A DNA stretch of 64,000 bases from an uncultured Desulfobacterales bacterium. Lineage in GTDB: Bacteria; Desulfobacterota; Desulfobacteria; Desulfobacterales; C00003060. Each line of letters opens with the position of its first letter. Position 1 is the stretch's first letter. A program made the translations under genes and the position numbers. Below the pieces are notes generated by a model that was not told the DNA's origin, made no database searches, and worked only from the letters and a program-made list of their open reading frames with translations. Where the stretch lies: positions 1,415 through 65,414 of the forward strand of contig CAYTTQ010000005.1 of the NCBI GenBank assembly GCA_964440795.1, written 5' to 3'. This document shows, one piece after another, positions 46,503-55,567 of the stretch.

Positions 46503-46973
46503 TCATTCCTTGCACCGGCATTCCTCTACCAGCACTTTGCTTTTGGCAATCGAAGACTTTCCGTAAAGCTTGTCATCGATATTGATCACCGGGGCCATGC
46601 CACAACATCCCAAACAAGCCACCGTTTCCAGAGTGAACATCCCGTCATGTGTTGTTTCGCCTACCGAAACGTCGAGCGTGGTCTTAAGTTGTTCCAGGAT
46701 CTCCCGACCACCCATTATATAGCACGCCGTCCCTTGACAGGCCCGGATCGTATGTTTTCCCCGTGGTGTGAGATAAAACTGCGAATAGAAGGTGAGGACA
46801 CCGTACGTGTCAACGGCGGGAATCCCGAATTCTTCGTAGATCAATTCCACCACCCCGGGGGGAACGTAGCCGAAGGTTTCCTGGATGTCCTGTAATAGGG
46901 GAATTAGGATTCCTTTCTTGTTCCTGTAAAAATCGAGTACCGGCCTAAGCTGAGAAAGATCTATGTCCGCCAT
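46503..46973 (-). CDS. NuoE/HydC-like thioredoxin-fold [2Fe-2S] subunit
   Basis: IRACQGTACYIMG ... CLGCCGMAPV Cys pattern. Confidence 0.9.
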   Translation of the reverse strand: MADIDLSQLRPVLDFYRNKKGILIPLLQDIQETFGYVPPGVVELIYEEFGIPAVDTYGVLTFYSQFYLTPRGKHTIRACQGTACYIMGGREILEQLKTTLDVSVGETTHDGMFTLETVACLGCCGMAPVINIDDKLYGKSSIAKSKVLVEECRCKE

Positions 46974-47148
46974 GTCACGCTCCTTACCAAACGTTGCCCC
47001 CCCGAATAGAGGGATATTTCTTAATCCATATCACTATCTTTCCTTCAGGTCCAGGCCTTCGATTCTTGGAACGCCTGTTCCGGCCGGCAGTGGTCGTTTT
47101 TCCGCTCTTGGCTTACACCTTATCAAAGCTCACCCGGGAGCATCGCAT

Positions 47149-48561
47149 CTACCCCTTACCCCGCATCATGGCCAAGACCGCACCGATGATCGCCACCCCC
47201 GCGGCGGCTACCAGGGACAACCTGAACGCCGACATGAACGCCGGTTCCAAAGAATCCGTGTAACTCCGGAAGGTCTCCCCACCAGTGAGACGGGAAAAGG
47301 TACTATTGAAAATGGCCCCGGCTTGGGCTACGCCGATCACCATACCCAGATTACGAGCCATGGCCACCGTGGCCGCGGCGGTCCCACGTCGGGCTACCGG
47401 TACGGCCGTCATGGCCGCAGAGCTGTTCGGTGGTAAAAAGACCGCCGTTCCGATTCCGATCAATGCCAAACGCCAAAGAATTTGCGTGATCGACGCCGAA
47501 GCGGCGAGTCCCGATAGGGCAAAAAGCCCCGCAGCCAAAAATATCATCCCCACCGTGCAAAGGGACCTGGATCCCAGAAAGTCATAGATCCATCCTGAAA
47601 GGGGGGAAAGAAAGAAAAGAAAGACAAACGGGGTCACCATGATCATTCCCACCGTGTCTACGCCGAACCCGCACGGATGAACCAGATAAAAAGGCATGAG
47701 GAATACCACGGCAAAAAGGGTAATAAACAGCATCACGGCACTCATGACCGGAAACGTAAACAAACGAATGGTGAACAGGGAAAGGTCCATGACGGGACAG
47801 GGAATCCGCTTTTCCGCATGTATAAAAACCCCCAACGAGACGATCCCTATAACCGCCAGGGCAAGGGTCCGAAGGGATGCATACCCCCAGGAATATCCAT
47901 GACTGAGGCAAACCAGCAAAGCGGCGAGAGAAAACACCAGCAACAATGCCCCGACCCAATCAAACCTTTCTTCAACACCTTGATCAGCGTGGCCTCCCCG
48001 AAGAAGCCTGGAGATAACCAAGGCGGACACCAGTCCGATGGGGACATTGACATAGAAGATAACCGGCCAGGGAAACAGATGCAACAACACCCCACCCAAG
48101 GCGGGACCCGCCGTTAACCCGGCGGCGACAACGGTGCCCACCATACCGAGCGCCTTGCCACGTTGCGAGGCCGGAAAGGTATCCACGATCAAGGCCGGCG
48201 TGCATGCCATGATCATGGAAGCACCCACACCCTGCACGAGGCGAAAAGCAATGAGCCAAGGCGCGCTTTGAGCAAGGCCGCAAAGCAGAGAAGCAATGGA
48301 AAAAACGATCAATCCCCGGCTATACACCCACCTCCTACCTCGGATATCACTCAGTCTCCCAAAATTGAGGAGAAGGGAGGAAACGGTCAGCAAGTAGATC
48401 ACCACCACCCATTCCATTGTCGATAAAGGCACATTGAAGTCTTCCATGATGGTCGGCAGGGCCACGTTGACGATACTGCTGTCTAAAGTGGACATAAAGA
48501 TGCCGATGGCCACAAAACAAAAGACCAGCCATTTGCTCGGTTGTCTTAAGTCGTTTTCCAT
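47149..48561 (-). CDS. MFS transporter, DHA2/EmrB-like (14 TM)
   Basis: Start MENDLRQPSKW. LDSSIVNVALPTI and GRLSDIRGRR motifs. Confidence 0.88.
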   Translation of the reverse strand: MENDLRQPSKWLVFCFVAIGIFMSTLDSSIVNVALPTIMEDFNVPLSTMEWVVVIYLLTVSSLLLNFGRLSDIRGRRWVYSRGLIVFSIASLLCGLAQSAPWLIAFRLVQGVGASMIMACTPALIVDTFPASQRGKALGMVGTVVAAGLTAGPALGGVLLHLFPWPVIFYVNVPIGLVSALVISRLLRGGHADQGVEERFDWVGALLLVFSLAALLVCLSHGYSWGYASLRTLALAVIGIVSLGVFIHAEKRIPCPVMDLSLFTIRLFTFPVMSAVMLFITLFAVVFLMPFYLVHPCGFGVDTVGMIMVTPFVFLFFLSPLSGWIYDFLGSRSLCTVGMIFLAAGLFALSGLAASASITQILWRLALIGIGTAVFLPPNSSAAMTAVPVARRGTAAATVAMARNLGMVIGVAQAGAIFNSTFSRLTGGETFRSYTDSLEPAFMSAFRLSLVAAAGVAIIGAVLAMMRGKG

Positions 48562-48716
48562 AAATGAAGTCCGGTCTGCAAATATATCCAGAACCTCATA
48601 ACACAATGCCATAAGCGGATAAAGGGCATCGCCGGGGTATTGTCAGGAAACTCCCGGCGTGTTATCATGTGGGCGCAGTCATTCAGTGAAATATCCCCAG
48701 AGCTTACGAGGTAGCC

Positions 48717-48992
48717 ATGAAGACCCGGTTGATTGAAATGCTTTGCCCCAAGTCGTTTATGCACGATGAGAAACCGATATACACGCTGGCCTCCGGCCGC
48801 CGGAGCCAATATTATATCAATTGCAAGCCCACGACGTTACATCCCAAAGGCATGTTTCTGGTGGGACACCTGGTACTGGAGCGCATTAAGGATCCCCATG
48901 TGGAAGGCGTCGGTGGCCTTACTTTCGGCGCCGATCCGGTGGCCATGGCAACCGCCTTTGCCTCCTACCTGGAGAAAAGTGGACGAATATAG
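48717..48992 (+). pseudogene. Orotate phosphoribosyltransferase-like N-terminal stump (91 aa)
   Basis: [16 protein letters not shown]-type N-terminus and [11 protein letters not shown] are present. The ORF stops before any PRPP-binding (VxxVDDVxTTG) motif, and no continuation appears in any frame. Confidence 0.6.
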
Positions 48993-48993
48993 C

Positions 48994-49746
48994 GTGAAAG
49001 AAGACGGTATCAAACAGGCCGCTCGAAACGACCTGCCGGCGGTACAAAACCATATGGGTGGACGCATCTGTCTCGCCTGTGGGTGTACCCCCCTGCCCAA
49101 GCGAAGGCGGCGGTATTGTAGTGATAAATGCAAACAGCGCCTCGATTTTGCACTTTACATCTGCACAGGGCTCTTACAGGCCTTGCGTTGCCGATATGCC
49201 GCTTTTTCCTACACGTCAAGCATCCTGATTTTGGATGTATTGCCCGTCGGCTCGGAGGTCATCTCCCGGTTTGTATGGCAACGAAACGGGGCGGGCAAAG
49301 TGGCCGACGAACTGCTGCAAATGGTTGATCATGCCGGTCGACAATGGTACCGGAAGGAAAGTGAAACCGGTTCGAGTTGGTGGGCGTCACAACATCTGCT
49401 GGATGAAACTCTTCGCAAAGACATCCCCGTGAACACGGTCGTTCCTGTCTCCAAAAAGAGGCCCCAACTCAACGAGGCTCAGACACGGGCCCTGAAGCTT
49501 TTAAAACTGACCAAGGAACAGATTTTGTCCGGTAACGGGGTGGAGTCACTGAAATCGGCATACAGAAAAAAAGCCAAACAACACCATCCGGACAAAGGCG
49601 GTATGCGCAGCCGTTTCGTCCGTATCAACGAGGCCCATGCCCAACTCTTGAACTGGGCCAAAAACCCAAAATTCTCTTCCAAGGCGGCCCTCTACAACAG
49701 CTGGTGTTACGATGCCGCCAAAGCACGCTGGGTGCCGCCGGCCTAA
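48994..49746 (+). CDS. Zinc-ribbon plus C-terminal J-domain (DnaJ-like) protein, function unknown
   Basis: CLACGC...CSDKC Cys4 near the N-terminus. C-terminal LKSAYRKKAKQHHPDKGG...INEAHAQL J-domain with HPD. The start is uncertain (GTG 48979/48994 or ATG ~49054). The first 87 codons of the listed ORF overlap the pyrE stump out of frame. Confidence 0.6.
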   Translation: MKEDGIKQAARNDLPAVQNHMGGRICLACGCTPLPKRRRRYCSDKCKQRLDFALYICTGLLQALRCRYAAFSYTSSILILDVLPVGSEVISRFVWQRNGAGKVADELLQMVDHAGRQWYRKESETGSSWWASQHLLDETLRKDIPVNTVVPVSKKRPQLNEAQTRALKLLKLTKEQILSGNGVESLKSAYRKKAKQHHPDKGGMRSRFVRINEAHAQLLNWAKNPKFSSKAALYNSWCYDAAKARWVPPA

Positions 49747-50099
49747 AGGCTCGCGGAAAGGGCGTCTTCGCCTGTGTTTGTTGGGACCAACATGGACATT
49801 GGCTGACCGAGCCTTCCCATGACTCACCGCAACCATGAGGTACTCTACCCAACGGCGTCGATGTCAACGTGTTGACAAATCAGGAGCATATAGACCATTT
49901 ACCCGGCCCGCCACCGGGAACCCCGCCGCCCCCTAAACACTCAACTGATTGATGTTGCTAGATAAATATAACTGTAGCCATTAATGGCATGCTTCATGCA
50001 TTAAAGATGCGACAGTCAGGGGCAGGGGCAACAAACCCCATGATTTATTCGATAATTCGAATCGAGTCCCCGCACAGAGAGTCACGGGCAGCATGAACA

Positions 50100-52244
50100 A
50101 TGAATAGACCAATGATTACCACTGACAACATACAAAATGCCGACAACGAATACGCTCAGAGCATTCTACGGGCGTCTGTCGAACCCGGTTTTACCGAACT
50201 GAAAGCCGCTCTGACCGAGGTGTGTGACGCGTTAATGGCAATTTCATCGGGGAACCCGGCCTGCCGTGTTTCGGAAAAAGGTGACGCGGAACCGATCAGG
50301 ACATTAAAACGGGCGGTGAATGAAACAGCCGAGGGTTGCGGTCAAATGGTTGAAATGGCCCATGAGTTCGCCATCGGCATGGCCGAACTCTTTGATGTCT
50401 TCAATCGGGTGGCCGCAGGCGATCTCACCGCACGAATGCAAGGCCACTCGGACATGGAGCTGATGAATCTGCTAAAAGAACGGTCCAATCAGATGATTCA
50501 CAGCGTTTCTACCGAGATTGAGCGGCGCAAAGAGGCACAAGAGGCGCTGGGCGGCCTCCACAAAGAATTGGAAGACCGAGTCAAACAACGAACCGCACAG
50601 TTGTCCAGAGCCAACAAAAAGTTGAGAAGTCAAGTCAGGGAACGCAGACAGACCGTAGATGAGCTGCGCCTGGCCAACCGGAAGATCGTAGAACAGCAAC
50701 GGGCCGTGGTTCAGGGAGAAAAGCTCGATGTACTGGTTCAGATGGCCGGAGCTACCGCACATGAATTGAATCAACCGCTGACGGTTCTATTGGCCAACAT
50801 TGATCTTCTCAACAAGCACTTGAACGACCCAAAAAGATTTTCAGAATACGTCTCCCGGATAGAAAGTGCGGGAACCCGCATTGCCGACATTGTCAAAAAG
50901 GTGGGCAACATTCGTCATAACGATGTTCGCCCCTATGTGGGCCGTACGGCGGTCATTGACCTGGATCAAAAAATCAAAGTCCTGTTGGTGGAAAGCCCGG
51001 CAAATTACCTTCAGAAACTCAACGGTATCTTGCAAGACAATGCACAAATCGATGTCACTCGGGTGGCAAGCATTGAGGAGGCGGGAAAACGGGTGGAGTC
51101 CGACTCTTTCGACGTCATCTTTTCCACCCATATCATTGATGATGGGAATTCCTTTTCCCTGATGGAATACCTGCAAGAAAGGCGGGTGGAAACACCGGTG
51201 GTGGTATTTACGCAACGAGCAAATGAGGTCATCGCTTCACAGGTCATCCGGGCCGGCGCTTGCGATTCCATGCCTGTCGACCAAGTCGATGCGGAAACCG
51301 TCTACCTGGCTATCGGCGGGGCTCTGGAAAAGGCCCGATTGAAGAGACAAACCAAAATGATTGCCCAGAGAATCGGCCTCTTGACAACCAGAGACCAACT
51401 GACCGGCCTTTTGACCCGCCCGCGTTTCATGGAAATGCTGGGACACCGGATCGCCGTTCATCAAAAAGGCAGTGGGAATTTGGCTCTCCTCATTGCCGAC
51501 ATCGACGGCCTGAAAGACATTAACGACCGATATGGGTATGGTGCCGGCAATGCCGTGTTACGCGACGTGGCCGGCATATTGTCGGAATCTATCGAAGAGG
51601 GAGACTTGACTTGTCGCTACGGTGGCCAAGAATTCACGGCTCTTTTGCGAAATACCAGCCCGAAAAAGACTCGTTCCATATGCGAAAGATTTAAAAACCG
51701 CGTAGAACAAGAAAAGTTCCGGGCCCGCACATCCGAGATTTCTGCGACGGTGAGCATCGGCTATGCAAATTATCACCAGTTAACCCGAGCGTCAGCCGCC
51801 GAATTCGTGGAAAAGGCTTGTCAGGCATTGGCCCGCGCCAAGGATAATGGAAAAAATCGCCTGATGGCCTATTCCCACCACCTGCCGTGGCAGGCACCCC
51901 GGCTGGGACGACTCTTGGTATCAGAAGGTATCGTAACGGAAAGACAACTCGACAAAGCCTTGTCCGAGCAAAAACGTCGGTTTGGAGAAACGCTCGTTAA
52001 CGGCGGGCGCATCGAGCCGGACCAACTCGAAGAGGCCCTGAAAGTCCAAAATCAGACTTCCGAGAAGCTCGGACAAATCCTCAAACGTCTGGGACACATC
52101 ACTACCGGCGATATCATGTGGGCCGTAAACACCATGAAACGAAAGCTCGGCGCCATCATGCAAGAAAATGGGTTTCTCACCCACTATGAACTCCATCAGG
52201 CGCTGGCCATGCAGCAATATCGCCCCCGATGGACCTCGTCATAA
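50100..52244 (+). CDS. Multidomain c-di-GMP signalling protein: HAMP-like, coiled coil/DHp, pseudo-receiver, GGDEF-family domain (GGQEF), tandem MshEN-type motifs
   Basis: H-box-like AGATAHELNQPL with no HATPase domain. Receiver-like fold lacking the acidic pocket (LLVESP, DVIFSTH). RYGGQEF at 51621-51635. C-terminal RLGRLLVSEGIVTERQLDKALSEQ plus three further 24-residue repeats. Confidence 0.88.
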   Translation: MNRPMITTDNIQNADNEYAQSILRASVEPGFTELKAALTEVCDALMAISSGNPACRVSEKGDAEPIRTLKRAVNETAEGCGQMVEMAHEFAIGMAELFDVFNRVAAGDLTARMQGHSDMELMNLLKERSNQMIHSVSTEIERRKEAQEALGGLHKELEDRVKQRTAQLSRANKKLRSQVRERRQTVDELRLANRKIVEQQRAVVQGEKLDVLVQMAGATAHELNQPLTVLLANIDLLNKHLNDPKRFSEYVSRIESAGTRIADIVKKVGNIRHNDVRPYVGRTAVIDLDQKIKVLLVESPANYLQKLNGILQDNAQIDVTRVASIEEAGKRVESDSFDVIFSTHIIDDGNSFSLMEYLQERRVETPVVVFTQRANEVIASQVIRAGACDSMPVDQVDAETVYLAIGGALEKARLKRQTKMIAQRIGLLTTRDQLTGLLTRPRFMEMLGHRIAVHQKGSGNLALLIADIDGLKDINDRYGYGAGNAVLRDVAGILSESIEEGDLTCRYGGQEFTALLRNTSPKKTRSICERFKNRVEQEKFRARTSEISATVSIGYANYHQLTRASAAEFVEKACQALARAKDNGKNRLMAYSHHLPWQAPRLGRLLVSEGIVTERQLDKALSEQKRRFGETLVNGGRIEPDQLEEALKVQNQTSEKLGQILKRLGHITTGDIMWAVNTMKRKLGAIMQENGFLTHYELHQALAMQQYRPRWTSS

Positions 52245-52266
52245 GCAAGACTTTTTCAATCGGAAG

Positions 52267-53568
52267 CTAGTCGTCGAAGTCGCCCCCAGGGCCCTTATCT
52301 TTGGAAAGGGCCACGCCCCGTTGTCTGATCTTTTCTTCGGTCCACTCCTCGGCGGGTTCGATTCGACCCACCTTATCACCCGGATCGAAGCCCCCTGCTT
52401 GAAGAATACGGCCAATGGCTACGTCCGCCGTGTCCTTGGCGTTAAACACGTTGACCAACATCCCATACACGAAGTCTTCCACCCGTCGGACCATTCGTTC
52501 CCGGACTGCATTTTCCTGTCCCAGGAGCTTGTTTTCAAACGGCAGGTTTAGTTTCTTGTAGTCTCCTTTCTTCCACCCCCGTTCGTTTGCATAGGCGACC
52601 ATTTCTTGCCACATCTGTTCGGTAACGCCTTCCCCTTCTACCTTTTTGAAGTTTCCTTCCGCGTCGAGACTTGCGTTTCCATAGTCATTGACCTCGAGGC
52701 CCCAGGACAGCATCTGCAATGCTGTGGCCACATTGGCTTTGGTGGTTCGGGTCTTTTCCGCGATCTCTCGGAGTCGATCCGAACTATTCCCTGAAGTCCC
52801 GTGCTGCGCCCCGGATACCGCATACTTTTTGAGGGCTTCGTGGATCTGCCGGGTTAAATCGACCTGAATCCCCTTGTCACTGGCTTCGATTCCGTGGGTC
52901 GTTCCATTATTTAAGGCAATCCAGTTGGGATGAATACCGTTGGCGTTTAACCCTTGAATCAAGAATGTCGCCTCTTCCGGGGTGGAGAGGCCCTCCTTTC
53001 CCTTTATTTCTCCAACCTCTGTTTCCAGACCCGCCCACTTAGGAATACACGGGTTGAGTTCGATGCTTGCAAGCAAATTGGCGTCATCGGGTAGGTGGGA
53101 AGCATCTACGGCAATGGACGTCATTCCCGCCTCGAACAGGGTGGGAATCTCCACCTTAGCGGGCCCGATATCGGCTTCCTTCTTGATTCCATAGTGATCG
53201 GCATGAATGGCCACGGGGACGGTAATACCCATTTCGTTACAAAAGGCGTCAACTAGTCGGGCAATATTCCAGTAATTCACCGCACAATACGGATTGGCTC
53301 CGCCTTCTGAACGAGCGATTTCCATGATCAAACAGGCATTCGCCTTCTGAGCGGCTCGCAAAGCACCTCGAATGACGAATGAATTACGGCCGTTTGCCGC
53401 CATGGCAATCGCTTTTCCTTTTTCAATCATGGCCAAATCGATGAACTTGCCACTCACAATCAGCGCCTTCGAATTGGGAAAAAGATGGGCGATGTTGGGT
53501 GGACGGCCTATCTCGAGCGCTCTTTGAAAGTCAGCCGAATACTCTACCTTTTGTGTCACCATAACCAA
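52267..53568 (-). CDS. fba: Class II fructose-bisphosphate aldolase family protein (long form)
   Basis: IHADHYG, SIAVDASH, LNNGTTHG, GAQHGTSG metal/substrate motifs. Confidence 0.88.
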   Translation of the reverse strand: MVMVTQKVEYSADFQRALEIGRPPNIAHLFPNSKALIVSGKFIDLAMIEKGKAIAMAANGRNSFVIRGALRAAQKANACLIMEIARSEGGANPYCAVNYWNIARLVDAFCNEMGITVPVAIHADHYGIKKEADIGPAKVEIPTLFEAGMTSIAVDASHLPDDANLLASIELNPCIPKWAGLETEVGEIKGKEGLSTPEEATFLIQGLNANGIHPNWIALNNGTTHGIEASDKGIQVDLTRQIHEALKKYAVSGAQHGTSGNSSDRLREIAEKTRTTKANVATALQMLSWGLEVNDYGNASLDAEGNFKKVEGEGVTEQMWQEMVAYANERGWKKGDYKKLNLPFENKLLGQENAVRERMVRRVEDFVYGMLVNVFNAKDTADVAIGRILQAGGFDPGDKVGRIEPAEEWTEEKIRQRGVALSKDKGPGGDFDD

Positions 53569-53622
53569 ACCTCCTTTTCCAGTCCCACATCACAGGGTGC
53601 ACTCGCAACAAGTCAAGCGGAC

Positions 53623-53710
53623 GGTTTCATCACACCACGGTGGATCAAGTTCGTTGTCGACAGGAAGCCGCGGGGCGGCTTAACCCCGCTTCTTCCGAAG
53701 CCGTTAACGG
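53623..53710 (+). repeat. Copy of the dispersed palindromic intergenic repeat (family R)
   Basis: GGTTTCATCACACCACGGTGGATCAAGTTCGTTGTCGACAGGAAGCCGCGGGGCGGCTTAAC... aligns with the reverse complement of 59631-59710 and with 60250-60331. Contains the hairpin AAGCCGC-ggg-GCGGCTT. Confidence 0.8.
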
Positions 53711-53712
53711 AC

Positions 53713-55293
53713 TCAAACCGATTTCTTGGACATATTCTTTCCCGAATTGCCCATTTTCGTTATCTCTGAAACCTTCTTTTCCATGATTAACACCTTGTCA
53801 ACCACCATCTCAAGGGATTTCTTGTTGGGATCATTGTCACGCATATTCTTGCTGATTCTCCGCGCGAATCCGCCCACCGCGGTCAACGGATTCCGAAGTT
53901 CGTGGGCCACCGTATTGGCCATCTGCCCCAAGGCGGCAAGCCTTTCGGCCTCCACCAGTTGCCGATTTTTGTTTTTAAGTTCCTCGGTCCGTTCCCGGAC
54001 CTTTTCTTCGAGTTCCAGGTTAAAGGCTTCCAATTCGTCGTGGGCCTTCCGCAACGCCTCTTCGGCTTCCTTTCGTTCTGTAACATCCTGGACCAGACCA
54101 TCATAGGACAACAACCGACCATGGCGGTCATAGTTTAAAACCAACGTACTCTTGGCCCACCGGGTCACACCGTCCTTGCGTATGATTCGATGTTCCAAAG
54201 CAGGCGCTTTGGCGCCCGACAATGCTTGTTCGGCCTGCTCTTCAACCGCCTGTCGGTCATCGGGATGCACCATCTGAATCCATAGATAGGAATTATTTTG
54301 GAAGTCTTCGGCCGTATACCCGGTCACTGCCGCACAGGCGGGCCCGTGAATCGTTTCCACTGCGTGGCCGTCTTGCACCAGTACGGTATAAATATAGTCC
54401 GTAATGGCCTCGGTAATGCGCCGGTAGCGATCTTTATTTTCCCGCAATTCCGCTTCCGCCCGCTTACGCTCGGTAATGTCCATGGCGGTAAAGGTAATCC
54501 AGTCTTTCATGTCATCCATTTGGATGGGTGTGGAACTCAAAAGCACATCGATGATCGTAGCGTCCTTGCGCTTCCAGCACGTCTCGATGGTCCCTATCCC
54601 GTACTTGTTGATCTGCGCATACTTTTCCTTTCCCACCCGGGCGTATTCCTCCGGTGTGGGGTAGAGCATCTCGGCCTTTTGCCCCAACAGTTCGTCCTCG
54701 CTGTATCCGGTCATCTCACAGATACGCTCATTGATCCGTTTGAAAATCCGATCGCTAACCAAACCGATGCCTGTAGGGGCGGCCTTGAAAAGGCTGTCCA
54801 ACGTTGCATCCCTTTTACAAAGCGTTTCTTCAACCCGTTTTCGCTTGGTGATATCCAGGGCGACGGACATTGCCCCGATGACATTGCCGGCCGGGTCGTG
54901 GAGTGGGGAGTTATTCCATTCGCAGACGATGATCTTACCGCTCTTGGTCAGATTTTCATTTATGGAGTGATTGGGAAGTTTGCCGTTGACCAGACCAGCA
55001 ACCACATCCTCTACATGACCTTTTTCCGAGTGCGGAATTAAAAAAGAAAAGAAGTTGCGGCCCAGGGCCTCTTCCTTGGTCCAACCGAAGAGTTCCTCCG
55101 CCTTTTTGTTCCAATCGGTGACCCGGGTCTCCAGATCCCAGATGACGAATGCCAGCGGTGCCGTATCATAGAGGTTGCGAAAGAGTTCTTCGCTCTTGCG
55201 AAGGGGCTGCTGGACCTGTGAACATTTTGCCGCCGCAGTTTCCAGTTCCTTGACCTTCAGCTCCAGTGCTTCGTAAGACGGCTTTTCATCCAT
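53713..55293 (-). CDS. Triple-PAS sensor protein ending in a HisKA (DHp) domain, with no ATPase domain
   Basis: Three PAS-like repeats. H-box QMANTVAHELRNPLTAVGGFARRI. The ORF ends ~60 aa later with no N/G1/G2 boxes. Confidence 0.85.
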   Translation of the reverse strand: MDEKPSYEALELKVKELETAAAKCSQVQQPLRKSEELFRNLYDTAPLAFVIWDLETRVTDWNKKAEELFGWTKEEALGRNFFSFLIPHSEKGHVEDVVAGLVNGKLPNHSINENLTKSGKIIVCEWNNSPLHDPAGNVIGAMSVALDITKRKRVEETLCKRDATLDSLFKAAPTGIGLVSDRIFKRINERICEMTGYSEDELLGQKAEMLYPTPEEYARVGKEKYAQINKYGIGTIETCWKRKDATIIDVLLSSTPIQMDDMKDWITFTAMDITERKRAEAELRENKDRYRRITEAITDYIYTVLVQDGHAVETIHGPACAAVTGYTAEDFQNNSYLWIQMVHPDDRQAVEEQAEQALSGAKAPALEHRIIRKDGVTRWAKSTLVLNYDRHGRLLSYDGLVQDVTERKEAEEALRKAHDELEAFNLELEEKVRERTEELKNKNRQLVEAERLAALGQMANTVAHELRNPLTAVGGFARRISKNMRDNDPNKKSLEMVVDKVLIMEKKVSEITKMGNSGKNMSKKSV

Positions 55294-55452
55294 CTACGTA
55301 TCTCTCTCCCATCAGGCAAAACCGAAGAAGGCCCATCGTGATGGTATGTGTCATACCTACGCTTGGGCCTTCATCTGTTCCGTGACACGACGTCAACCTT
55401 TCTGAAACAGCAGGGCATGCCGGGGCTACCGGTAGCGTCCGTACCCAGGAAT

Positions 55453-55528
55453 TGGTGCCCCCGGCAGGAATCGAACCTGCGGCGCAAGGATTAGGAATCC
55501 TTTGCTCTATCCCCTGAGCTACGGGGGC
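55453..55528 (-). tRNA. tRNA-Arg (anticodon CCT)
   Basis: The reverse complement folds as GCCCCCG/CGGGGGC acceptor, AAGGA-TTCCTAA-TCCTT anticodon arm, GCAGG-TTCGATT-CCTGC T-arm, encoded CCA. Confidence 0.92.
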
Positions 55529-55567
55529 GAAGCGGTAATTTACAAATATTCTTTCTCGCCGCCGCAG

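Noticed and set aside
48733-48993. First 87 codons of the listed 337-aa ORF
   Set aside because: They overlap the PRTase-like ORF out of frame, and the translation ([24 protein letters not shown]...) has no features. The J-domain protein most likely starts near 48979-49054.
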